From Eledone cirrhosa (Eukaryota), in the NCBI GenBank assembly GCA_964016885.1, contig OZ024745.1, positions 23,002,001 through 23,066,000 of the forward strand: DNA of 64,000 nt. The letters run 5' to 3'. Positions within the stretch are counted from its first letter, which is position 1, and each line of letters opens with the position of its first letter. This document shows positions 27,890-40,630 of the stretch, piece by piece. A model generated the notes under the pieces. It did no database searches. It had not been told where the DNA came from and was given only the letters and a program-made list of their open reading frames with translations. Made by a program: the position numbers and the translations under genes.

Positions 27890-30113
27890 TTATACTTCTC
27901 TTAGGTCAGTGTTGTTTGTTTGGGTGTTGTTGTTGTTCCACTCATTCTTTCTGTTTAGCTTTGGTCTTCTAATTTCTATTTCACTGGCCTCTCTGATTTG
28001 CCTATCTGCTGGGTCATTCCTATGTTTAGATATTATTCTAATTTCTATGTTGTCTATGTTACCGTCATGATGTTGTCTAGCATGTTCGTATAGTACTGAC
28101 CCGTTTTTTCGTCCTTTTAGTTCCCCCCAGTGTTGGTCTATCCTTTCACCTATGCTACGAGCTGTCTCACCTATGTATGTTGTTGTCGTGTTTCTACAAG
28201 TACCCTCTGTACATCTTATGCTATAGACTACGTTTCTAGTTTTACAGTTTATCCGGGGGTTCACCTTACATATGATACATTTCCTATTGGTACAGTGGGT
28301 TTTCTTAAAAGGGTAGGTTTTGCTGATCAGGGATTTTATGGTGGTTCCTGGCTTTTCTACCACCTTTATTTTTAAGTGGGTCTTTCTCAGGGCCTTTCTA
28401 CACTGGTTAGCTAATTTCCCTCCAGGGGTGGCGTCCACAAACATGACACTCTGATATCTCTGGTTGTCGTACCATGATGTGGCCTTCCCTATCTTATGTC
28501 TAGCCCTATCTAAGCTATTCCATGATTTGCTCCTGTATAGTGGGCAAATTCCTTTCATGTCCAGTTCTATGAGGGTCTTATACTTTTCCATGGCTCCTTC
28601 GTATACTCTGACTCTGTCTCTTTGGTTGTAGCCAGAGAACTGCATGCGGTTGATGAAGTGTTGGATGTGTCCTTCCATTTCTGTTGGGTCGCACATGCTG
28701 GACACATTCTTCATCACTCGTACCAAATCTGCGATCAGAATATTAAACTTAGCACTACTGGACATTGCTGAGTTTTTGAGTATCAGGTATTTGGAGGCCA
28801 TGGGTTTAGCATAGTGTGAGTGGAGAATTTGGGCTCTCTCGTCTATAGTGTTAATCCAGAGTTCTGTGTCTAATACAGGTAGTCTATTGTTAGGGTGTTT
28901 GGAAGGGAAGTCTATAGTTACAGTTATACTCTGGTGTATGGAATTAGCTATCTGCTGGATGCTTTCCATCGTGCTACGTTCTAAATCAAACTTGTTAGTG
29001 CTCTCTAGTGGGGGTGTTCTTATAACTATATTGATATCGTCTACATAACGAGAGTACATGATGAGGTCTATGGAGCTTTCATTAAGGAGATCTTTAAGTC
29101 TCCTTTCCCACCATACCATGAAAAGGTTGGCAACATCGCCAGCTATGCTGACGCCGATGGCTGCTCCCTCATTTTGGGTGTAGATTTTCTCATTGAACTT
29201 AAATATGTGGCCCTTTAGGGTAGTTTTGATACTAGCCCCTATTGCATGTGCGACCATTTTTCTTACCTGATCAGTGTTTTGGGGGGTCCGTATAGCTTTG
29301 GTCCACCCAATCCACCTTCCTATGGGAGTCTTTTTAGCCATTGAGGTTATGGTGGGGGGTCTACCTCTTATAGGTCTACTAGGGCAGAAACATCTAAGGT
29401 CATGGCTGTCTAGGTAGTCAGTGTCGTAGGTAAGTCTAAGTAGGAGGCCCAGTTCGTCTGTGTCGACGTCGCAGAACTCCACCTCACTCTCAATGATCAT
29501 CTCCACACATCTTTTCACAGCAAAATCAATGTTAATGGATGGGTACAGTGACACCACATCCATGCTGCCTATTATGCAGTTGGATAGGCTCCTGTTTTTG
29601 TTGCACTCACTGATTCTGCTGAGGAGGTCCTCTGTACTTTCACATACATCTGGGGACATCTTGATTATGGGGCGTATAACCATTGAGAGGAAGTAGGAGA
29701 TCCTGTAGTTGCTAGCTATATTAGCTCCGCATACAGGTCTTGTTGGTGGTCCTGTTGTCGGGTCGTCGACTGTCTTGTGGTCTTTGCGGAGCCCATACAA
29801 GGGTGGTATGCCATTGTTAGACGCCTGGAAGTTGTTGGCAGTGCGTCTGCTTGGCTTTAGGATGTCAGTCCACATCATCATGTGAGCGTTGAGGATTTTT
29901 TCTCTCCCATCGTGTGTTAGTTGTGCAACTTCGCTCGTGTTGGTGATGTGGGGTTGCATTGCCTCGATGTAGTTCGGCATGCTATCTATTGACATCCTAC
30001 CAGACTTATCTGTGGGTAGACACACTACCTCACCATCCCTTGTGCGCTGCTTGAGGCTAACCAAGCCTTCTACAGGTTTTATCCCAAGTTGTTGGGCCTC
30101 TGGTCTGCTCTGT
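27890..30113 (-). CDS. PLE reverse transcriptase + GIY-YIG endonuclease, ~740 uninterrupted codons, N-terminus missing
   Basis: TDKSG, YGLRKDHK, RPV, GSMDVVSLYPSI, QNEGAAIG, YSRYVDD, LPVLD, CTNRKCIIC..C linker, VVYSIRC..YIGETARSIGERIDQH, REASEI..LN. The first ~46 aa of the tracked ORF are antisense of the inverted arm. Confidence 0.93.
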
Positions 30114-31004
30114 CTCAAAAACTCAGCAATGTCCAGTAGTGCTAAGTTTAATATTCTGATCGCAGATTTGGTACGAGTGATGAAGAATGTGTCCAGCATG
30201 TGCGACCCAACAGAAATGGAAGGACACATCCAACACTTCATCAACCGCATGCAGTTCTCTGGCTACAACCAAAGAGACAGAGTCAGAGTATACGAAGGAG
30301 CCATGGAAAAGTATAAGACCCTCATAGAACTGGACATGAAAGGAATTTGCCCACTATACAGGAGCAAATCATGGAATAGCTTAGATAGGGCTAGACATAA
30401 GATAGGGAAGGCCACATCATGGTACGACAACCAGAGATATCAGAGTGTCATGTTTGTGGACGCCACCCCTGGAGGGAAATTAGCTAACCAGTGTAGAAAG
30501 GCCCTGAGAAAGACCCACTTAAAAATAAAGGTGGTAGAAAAGCCAGGAACCACCATAAAATCCCTGATCAGCAAAACCTACCCTTTTAAGAAAACCCACT
30601 GTACCAATAGGAAATGTATCATATGTAAGGTGAACCCCCGGATAAACTGTAAAACTAGAAACGTAGTCTATAGCATAAGATGTACAGAGGGTACTTGTAG
30701 AAACACGACAACAACATACATAGGTGAGACAGCTCGTAGCATAGGTGAAAGGATAGACCAACACTGGGGGGAACTAAAAGGACGAAAAAACGGGTCAGTA
30801 CTATACGAACATGCTAGACAACATCATGACGGTAACATAGACAACATAGAAATTAGAATAATATCTAAACATAGGAATGACCCAGCAGATAGGCAAATCA
30901 GAGAGGCCAGTGAAATAGAAATTAGAAGACCAAAGCTAAACAGAAAGAATGAGTGGAACAACAACAACACCCAAACAAACAACACTGACCTAAGAGAAGT
31001 ATAA
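30114..31004 (+). pseudogene. Inverted duplicate of the PLE thumb/linker/GIY-YIG coding region
   Basis: Translation from LKNSAMSSSAK to TDLREV is identical to the C-terminal ~296 aa of the minus-strand ORF. Confidence 0.9.
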
Positions 31005-31256
31005 ATAAATAAGTAAATTAAATTAAATAAAATAAGATAAATAAATACATACACAAGCACATAAACACACACTAGTCACCCAGCAGACACAACACTATAC
31101 ACACTAGTCACACATCACACACGCAAACGCATGCGCAAAGAAGACAAAATAAAATAAGATAAACAAACAAGCAAACAAATAAATAAATATATAGACGGAC
31201 TGAACAAAAAAAATGGCGTAGACATACAACACAACAGGAGGAACAATGAATATAAC

Positions 31257-31295
31257 ACCACTGACGATGTTGCAGATGTGCAACGAAAGATTTAT
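31257..31295 (+). ncRNA. Minimal HHR-like core of the PLE 3' UTR (copies 27600-27636 on -, 35594-35632 on +)
   Basis: CTGACGA-t-GTTGCA gatg TGCAAC-GAAA; stems I and III are weak. Confidence 0.55.
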
Positions 31296-31579
31296 GTAAA
31301 CTATATATATATGTGTTTGTCTATATTGTATCTGTATTATTTTATTTTTGACTGCTGGTCAGTCAATGGCAACATTGAGGACCGAGTAAGTTAGATCGCA
31401 GATATATATATATAAAAGACAGCGAGAAGCGAAAACCAACCAAACAGTGAGTGTGTTCTGTTATTAATTCTGGCAATATTACGCAAATATGACCCTCCCC
31501 AAATATAACAATATATATATATAAATGGAATAGAATGAAACGAAATTTCATTTCTCACTCTTAGTACGGCACTTACTTA

Positions 31580-31860
31580 AATGTAAGTATGTATGTATAC
31601 GTACATACATATATGTATACAGACGTACAGTAGCATGTATATATATACATACAGGCACACATATATACATGCACGTATCAGTTTACCGAACATTTATTAT
31701 AATGCTCGGTTTACAAACGAACAAACCGAGCATTATAATAAATGTTCGGTAACCTGATACGTGCATGTATATATGTGTGTGTGCATGTATGTATATATAT
31801 ACATGCTACTGTACGTCTGTATACATATATGTATGTACGTGTACATACATACTTACATTA
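31580..31860. mobile_element. Fold-back palindrome (~135 bp arms) centred ~31717
   Basis: Arms mirror each other; the right arm begins AAACCGAGCATT ataata AATGTTCGGTA, resembling HHR stem III plus a GUA site. Confidence 0.7.
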
Positions 31861-32154
31861 TATATCTATATATATATATATAATGCATGTGTTTGTGTTT
31901 GTGTGTGTATGTGTGTGTAGATGTGCATATATTTCAGAAATATACATACATAGAAATTTAAGCTAATTTCAAAATTACGTTTAATTATATATAGGAATAT
32001 TTCAGAAATAGTCCAACATAAGAGTATATGGAAACATTCAAAAATACACCTGTACAATTTTAATTCAAAAGCCTTGGTTACAGCTAGAATAAATTTATCT
32101 TATATCTTTATTCCTCATGAATATTTATTGTTTCATTAATTATGTTACCAATTA

Positions 32155-32310
32155 TGGATTGGCAGTATCTGTAGAGTTACGGACCTTGCCATTCTGAGTT
32201 CAAATCCCGCACAGGTTAACTTTGCTTTTCGTCCTTACGGGGTCGATAAAATAAAGTACCAGTAATGTACTGGGTAATTGCTGGCCTTGTGCCAACAGTA
32301 GAAACAATTA
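32155..32310 (+). mobile_element. tRNA-derived SINE copy with internal deletion
   Basis: Same family motifs. Confidence 0.85.
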
Positions 32311-33178
32311 ATTATGTTACCAAACGAATGCACCTCATGTAAATTAATTTGGTCGTTTCTGTTAAGTTCCAGTCCCTTTATTTATCTATATAGCGATACT
32401 ATAAAAAACATCTATCTATTGGCAAAGTCATAGCGGAATTTATCATGTGAAGAGGAGACAATAATCTCTAAAGCGCGTAATGATAATTTTCTGTGTAGAG
32501 CTTTGCGATATAAGGAAGAAATAAGACATACGTTCTACGTTTCAGAAAAATGTCTTTGAAGAGAAAAGTAGGTATCCAAACACCCACCCACCTAGGCGCG
32601 TGCAAACAAACACACATACAGATATATACACACACTCGCACACATACATACATGCGCAGTCTTCGAACACCTTTACATATTCCAGATTCTTTTTCAATAG
32701 ATAATAAACGGGTAGGTGTAGGCATAGCCGTATGTTTAAGATGTTTGCTTCCCAACTACGTGAAGACTTCTGGTGTCCTTGGCCCTTGGGCTACCTCCCT
32801 ACTCACCACCATAGGCGCTCAGCTGGCCAGTTGCAGGTGTGAGCCACGATAGATGGGATGGCTCTTCCAGCGCATCTCCATTACTGTCCGCCGGAGCTGT
32901 GCAGGGGCCAGCACATGGGACCCCATTTGCTCACCATACAGAGAGATGGTGAGGGCAAGAGAGATGGAGGCGATGACAGTGGGGATTCGGCTCTTCCGTG
33001 TTCGGACACAACTGCCACCACTACTTCTACTAATAATACTATGACTACATGGTTCCTTCTTCCTTCGGCAAGTATCTTATACAACAACCTGAGTTGGCCA
33101 GCATCTTGGGAGTAGACTATAGAAATAGAAAGAAAGGGAAAACATTTGTGGAGAAAGAGCACGTGCCTGTTTAGTCAG

Positions 33179-33281
<103 letters not shown>

Positions 33282-34155
33282 TTAATGAGGTAGAGACTTC
33301 TTCACATATATACACGCACACAAACACATACATATCCAAACAACACAAACATACGCAACCAAACGCTGCATATAGATACACACACAAATTAAAACACACA
33401 CATAAATACTCACACACACACAGAATCAAACACATACATATAACGACTGACACAGAAACATATATATAAACATTCACACACACTCACATACAGAAACTCA
33501 CACACAAACATAAATACATACACATACACAGAATAGAACACATACTCATAAACACACACACACATATACACACGCGCGCACGCACGCACACACACACAGA
33601 CAAAGGGCCCTACAAATGAAACATGGTCGGACGAGATATTGACCGCGGTGACCTGAAATGAAAAATTCTGTCTCGGAATTTTTGGTTTTATCTTGGTGGT
33701 ATTGTATTAAGACGTCCATCTGAGAACTGACCTCCGGCCTTTGACCTTCAGCCGTTGAACTCTGAACTGATAGAGGTCTGATAGGGCAGAGAGGTGGAGG
33801 ACATAGGGTTGGGTTGTAAACAAACTGACATTCAAAAGAAGACATTGAAAAGGGAGGTGGTAGCGGCACAGGGAGTACAGATCTGTAGTTTGTAGGAGGT
33901 AGAGAGGGACAGATTGTATGTATGTATGTATGTATGTATGTATGTAGGCGTGTATGTATATATATGAATATATATTTATGTATATATGTTTGTATGTGTG
34001 TTTGTGTGTGTGTTTATGTATATATATATATATATATATCGAGGACTGTCCATTTATTTTTGAGACTCGAAATCGATTCGGTAAAGGTAACCATAGTGAG
34101 TACAGTGAATTTTTTGAAATTTATTTTGAAACTTTTTCTTATTTGCTAAACCTTG

Positions 34156-34224
<69 letters not shown>

Positions 34225-34226
<2 letters not shown>

Positions 34227-34580
34227 GCTGAATGTTAATATCGGTAGGTTTTTTTTTATATCGATATTGTTGGGCAACCACTGATGATTTATAAGTGCCC
34301 ACCTGCGTATATTCCTATAGACTATGTGTAGGCTTCTACATAACCTGGACATTATTTTCCCACCTTGTAGAAAACTTATAATGAAACGATCATTTGGAAG
34401 GAGGGGTGTATTTAATTGTGTCTCATAAAATAATACAACTGGCTATCCGCAAAATACGTATAGTTAGCAGCCCAAACGTATAATTGGGATTATACTAAGG
34501 TATATCCTAATGTTTGTTGAGTGAGACGGAAGTCGGTCGGAGTATTGCTTAAAGCTTTCTCTGTTAATGTATTAAATATA
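34225..34580 (+). mobile_element. PLE-tail family with HHR (34278-34397) bearing a ~95-nt stem II; partial inverse copy 58125-58400
   Basis: cca-CTGATGA-tTTATAAG...CTTATAAt-GAAAC gatc ATT-tgg; the second copy reads GAAAC ggcc GTC tgg. Confidence 0.75.
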
Positions 34581-34776
34581 TATATATATATATTTATAAG
34601 TATATATATATATCTATCTATATATAAAAAGCTGTAGTTGTCTGTGTGTGTGTCCTCATTTGTGCAAAGTCTATACAAATCCACATTTCTAATCCGATTG
34701 ACTTCAAACTTGCATTTATATATTCCTTGTGGTCTAAAGATACTAACTGCCGCTTTTATTTTTCAATGTTCTGTTG

Positions 34777-34887
<111 letters not shown>

Positions 34888-35054
34888 TACACACTCATAT
34901 ATATATGCTCTGGTCTCTTTTAGCCCATGGAGCGCTTGCCAGCATGACTCGGAATTTGCGTTGCGTTTCGCTTATTTCTACCCGCCGAAATGCGACTCTC
35001 GCTGGATTTATATTTATATATATGTACATATACAAACACAAAGACATATACATA

Positions 35055-35822
35055 TATAGAAAGGATAGACCAACACTGGGGGGAACTAAAAGGACGAAAA
35101 AACGGGTCAGTACTATACGAACATGCTAGACAACAACATGACGGTAACATAGACAACATAGAAATTAGAATAATATCTAAACATAAGAATGACCCAGCAG
35201 ATAGGCAAATCAGAGAGGCCAGTGAAATAGAAATTAGAAGACCAAAGCTAAACAGAAAGAATGAGTGGAACAACAACAACACCCAAACAAACAACACTGA
35301 CCTAAGAGAAGTATAAATAAGTAAATAAAATAAAATAAAATAAGATAAATAAATACATACACAAGCACAATAACAACAAGCACATAAACACACACTAGTC
35401 ACCCAGCAGACACAACACTATACACACTAGTCACACATCACACATAACACTATACACACACGCAAACGCATGCGCAAAGAAGACAAAATAAAATAAGATA
35501 AACAAACAAGCAAATAAATAAATAAATATATAGACAGACTGAATAAAAAATGGCGTAGACATACAACACAACAGGAGGAACAATGAATATAACACCACTG
35601 ACGATGTTGCAGATGTGCAACGAAAGATTTATGTAAATTATGTAAACTATATATATGTGTTTGTGTCTATATTGTATCTGTATCATTTTTGACCGCCGGT
35701 CAGTCAATGGCAACATTGAGGACCGAATAAGTTAGATCGCAGATATAAAAGACAGCGAGAAGCGAAAATTAACCAAACGGTGAGTGTGTTCTGTTATTAA
35801 TTCTGGCAATATTACGCAAATA
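35055..35822 (+). mobile_element. Third, 5'-truncated copy of the 27337-31514 PLE family
   Basis: ERIDQHWGELKGRK..TDLREV with two aa changes, plus the 3' UTR. Confidence 0.92.
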
Positions 35823-35849
35823 AAGATATATGTATATACACACACACAA

Positions 35850-35938
<89 letters not shown>

Positions 35939-35967
35939 AGGGTGGGTATGATTGTGTGTAGAAGGTT

Positions 35968-36128
35968 ATATTAATGAAAGGAATTCCAACTTTGTCTGAT
36001 TTACTCGTTTTATTTACAATCCTTTAAAATGATATTATAATGAAATAGTATGGTAGAATATTATAATTTTAAAGGATTGTAAATAAAACGAGTAAATCAG
36101 ACAAAGTTGGAATTCCTTTTATTAATAT
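35968..36128. mobile_element. Fold-back palindrome (~65 bp arms) beside (TA)n
   Basis: AAAGGAATTCCAACTTTGTCTGATTTACTCGTTTTATTTACAATCCTTTAAAA and its exact reverse complement. Confidence 0.8.
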
Positions 36129-36139
36129 ATATATATATA

Positions 36140-36325
36140 TAACGAAGGAAATGTGGTAAGGAACCAGGTGGACCATAACGCACCAAAGTACTCAATACTT
36201 AGGGTAGTAGAGTGGGTAATAGGAACGAGTAGGACCCCGATGGCTAATTCTGGACGAATTCTGAGTCCAGAATTAGCCGTCGAAACGGCTTGAGCTCAGC
36301 CGTCGGGGCCCTACTCGTTCCTCTA
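36140..36325 (-). mobile_element. Fold-back family A copy
   Basis: Homologous to 24835-25032; deletion in the left arm. Confidence 0.8.
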
Positions 36326-36345
36326 TATATATATATATATATACA

Positions 36346-36826
<481 letters not shown>

Positions 36827-37483
36827 TAAAGTTAGTCCTTCATCAGTGATCTTCCAACCATCATTGGTATTTCATCGCTTTAAAGACCATATACCTCCGG
36901 TTGGTGCGAGCAACGGCTAAAAAAAGTCGTTGGGACACGTAAATAAAGGGGACACGAGTGTAAACAAACAAAAATGGTGAAGCAACGAAAAATGAGGAAG
37001 AAGGAGTCAAGTCCCAAATTTCTATGAATTTAAATTCGGTGAAATCGTGAACGAGAGAGAATAAAGACCATCAAACCTGGTTGGAATGTGCGCAAGGAAG
37101 GAATTCCGTACAGGTCTAACGGGAGGAAGAAGGAATCTAGTCTGTGAATTCGGTGAACGTAAATTCTGTGAAATCGTAGACGAGTGAGAGAAAAAAAACG
37201 ACCTGCCAGACCAAGGGTGCGAAAGAAAAGAATTACGCACAGGTCAAACGGGAAGAAGGAGGAGGAGGAGAGGTAGTAACAGAGAATGAGTGAGTGAAGG
37301 GTGAGGAAGAGGCTAACAGAGAGAGTGACTGCTAGAGAGGGTAAAGATACAGAGAAAGAGGAAGCAGTAAGAACGAAATAGACGTGTAACAGCGGGGAAA
37401 AAAATATGTGTAAATATGAGAATAAACGTGCTGCGGGGTTGCTAATGGGTTACATATGAATAAAGTTAGTCCTTCATCACTGA

Positions 37484-37567
<84 letters not shown>

Positions 37568-38272
37568 TGTAGGGGGCGTTAACCCGTCTTTTATTATTCA
37601 AAAAACTTCTTGCCAATAAACATTAACCCTTTCTGCGCCATTCATCTAACTGTAGACCAACAAATACCAACTAAACGGAGCGTTGACAAGAACGATAGCG
37701 AATGAATCTTCGAGGTAAGCAGTTTCCTCCCGAGATGTTAGTTCACGCGGGATTCTCTGCTACACCTTTTCGTAATAATACCGAACAACGTACTGCTGGT
37801 CACTCCTTCCTCCAAAACCCGTACAAAGCGGACATGTGCATCAGGCAGATGGATCGGATGCAAATCTACACCAGGCCTACGCGAGAAATTCACAATGGAC
37901 TGCGCCGAGAGGGATAGAGAGAAAGGGAAACTTAGTGGAAAGAGTGCGAATGAACTTTTCAGGTAAGTATCCTACGCCTTACTGCTATTGCACTGGAACC
38001 TTCTGCCAACTTAACCTGTGACTTTTTCTTTCACATTTACTCCAAAAGACCAAAACAGAGGAGTATGAAAAGAAGGGGCTCAACAATATTTATATGAACA
38101 ATGCACATAGACAGCTAAACTGTACTTTCAACTTCTTAATTTTCTCCAAATAAAACAAGTTTCCTGTCGGTATATTTTCGTGAGTTTTTAACAGGCACTC
38201 ACAAATAAACGTTTCTCATTGGAGGTGCTATTACCAATATTCTTAGCCGTGCAACGCCGGGATACACTGCTA

Positions 38273-38350
<78 letters not shown>

Positions 38351-38410
38351 ATAAATAACAAAGAACGCTTATAGCATATGCATATCTTTACTTGCTAATA
38401 TATATATATA

Positions 38411-39166
38411 AAATTGAGATAAGCGGAGCAAATAAAATTCAAACAATTTCTTAAAATAAATTAAAAAATATAATTTAAATATTTACCTAATCCATTTGCT
38501 TTTACCGACGGTTTCATCTTACAAAAGATTGGAGATCATAGGGATCTCCAATGGAAATGTTCGGATCATCAGAGAGCATTTTCCTTTCCTAGGACAGAAG
38601 TCCCAAGAACGGCAAAATATATTGCTACCTGCCAGCTAGCACAGGATCGAATGAGGCCGTAAAGTTGACCTATGCATGAACCAGCCCTTAGTAGAAGCAG
38701 GAAGTAAACATAGACGTGTTGTCTATCACGCCACTAAAAATAGCAGCTAAATAAAACAACAGATTTGTTCTCAACATAACGGAGTAAATATAAAATGAGA
38801 CTAATATCCCCACAGGTACTAAGTACCCCTGGAAATATATAGGGTGTTCTATGGTATTAATTTGACATACCAGAACTATAAAATTGAGATAAGCGGAGCA
38901 AGTAAAATTCAAACAATTTCTTAAAATAAATTAAAAAATATAATTTAAATATTTACCTAATCCATTTGCTTTTAACGACGGTTTCACCTTACAAAAGATT
39001 GGAGATCATAGGGACCTCCAATGGATATGTTCGGATCATCAGAGAGCATTTTCCTTTCCTAGGACAGAAGTCCCAAGAACGGTAAAATATATTGCCACCT
39101 GCCAGCTAGCACAGGATCGAATGAGGCCGTAAAGTTGACCTATGCATGAACCAGCCCTTAGTAGAA

Positions 39167-39168
<2 letters not shown>
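38411..39168 (-). mobile_element. 470-bp tandem repeat (1.6 units) with one type I HHR per unit, in (TA)n
   Basis: 38411-38699 repeats at 38881-39168; minus strand tgctct-CTGATGA-..TTGGAGATC cctat GATCTCCAA..-GAAACC gtc GGTA-aaagca. Confidence 0.85.
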
Positions 39169-39202
<34 letters not shown>

Positions 39203-39527
39203 AAAAATGGGGAGAAGAATACTGCATGGTTGCACATGGATAACATGTTATAAAATGAGTCCCTCATCAGTGATTTACTAACGGTCATAGGTATTTCATT
39301 GCATTAAAAATCATATACCTCACGCTGGCGCAATAATAACTAAAATAAGTTATTAGGACAATTAAAACGCGTAAAGCGAGTGAGACAAGTAAACAACACA
39401 GAGGAAAGCTAACCGAAGATAGGAAGAGACACAAGCTACATAGTTATTCTATCAGTATAAGCTGGGTGAATATATGAGCGAGTAGAAAATAGACCTTTCG
39501 AGATGAATCCGATGTAAGAAAGAAGGA

Positions 39528-39588
<61 letters not shown>

Positions 39589-39969
39589 AACACACACACC
39601 AACACAAATATATATATATATATATATACATATATATTTAAATATATATATATATATATATAAATATATAAATACATATATATGTGTGTGTGTGTGTGTG
39701 TGTACATATATATGACGGATGGTTAAAAATATAATATATATAGGATACCTTAAGAAGATGGCAGCATAGATAATATAAGAAAATATCGAGAGACTTCTTA
39801 CTGAATGTTTGTGTGTGTTTAAGCACCTACAACACCCCATATGACTTTCCCTTGAATTAAGTATATATAACATATAAACAATAGAAAATAGTATCGCGAG
39901 ACATAAATCCTTATATGTACTCCTTTTAGAGTATATACTCCTCAAGCTTACTAAAATAAATATAGTATT

Positions 39970-40630
39970 TTGACCTCAACGGGATTTGAACTCACTGTGT
40001 GAATACCGTAAAGCAATCTTTTGCACTTTCTAACGGCTCTGCTAATTGACCCACATAATGTATTATATTATACAATTGTTTCTACGTTAGACACAAGGAC
40101 AGAAATTTGAAGAAGGGAAAGTCGATTAAATCGACCCCAGTGTGTTACGTAAAGGGCCTAACGCTATGTCACGAAGCATGGAGCCCGACGCTTTACCGAT
40201 ATTGCCAATCCACCACCCTATCCTATAATTGTTTCTACATTTGGCACAAGGCCAGCAAATTACCCAGTACATTACTGGTACTTTATTTTATTGACCCCGT
40301 AAGGATGAAAGGCAAAGTTAACCTCGGCAGGAATTGAACTCAGACCATAAAACGCCGTAACTCTTTGCTGCAAAGCATGGCGTACAACCCTCTACCGATA
40401 CTGACAATCCACCGCAATATAATGGTTTCTTATTTAGGTCAGTAATTTGGGGGTAGGAGAAAGTCGATTAAATCGACCCCAGTGCGTGACTGGTACTTTA
40501 TTTTATCGACTCCGTACGGATGAAAGGCAAAGTTAACCTCGGCGGGATTTGAACTCAGATCATAAAGGGCCGTAACTCTTTGCTGTAAAGCATGGTGTCC
40601 GACGCTTTACCGATTCTGCCAATCCACAAC
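39970..40630 (-). mobile_element. Cluster of about four SINE copies/fragments
   Basis: Reverse B-boxes at ~39985, ~40335 and ~40548, plus central domain. Confidence 0.8.

Larger units (their letters stand above)
27337..31514 (-). mobile_element. Young Penelope-like retroelement, 5'-truncated, with ~1.4 kb inverted duplication of its 3' end (27380-28780 / 30114-31514), flanked by (TA)n
   Basis: RT + GIY-YIG ORF; arms near-identical (two transitions noticed near 31353); HHR-like core in both 3' UTRs. Confidence 0.95.

Noticed and set aside
29979-31004. Stand-alone 341-aa GIY-YIG nuclease gene
   Set aside because: Chimera of antisense RT sequence and the inverted duplicated arm; no independent start context
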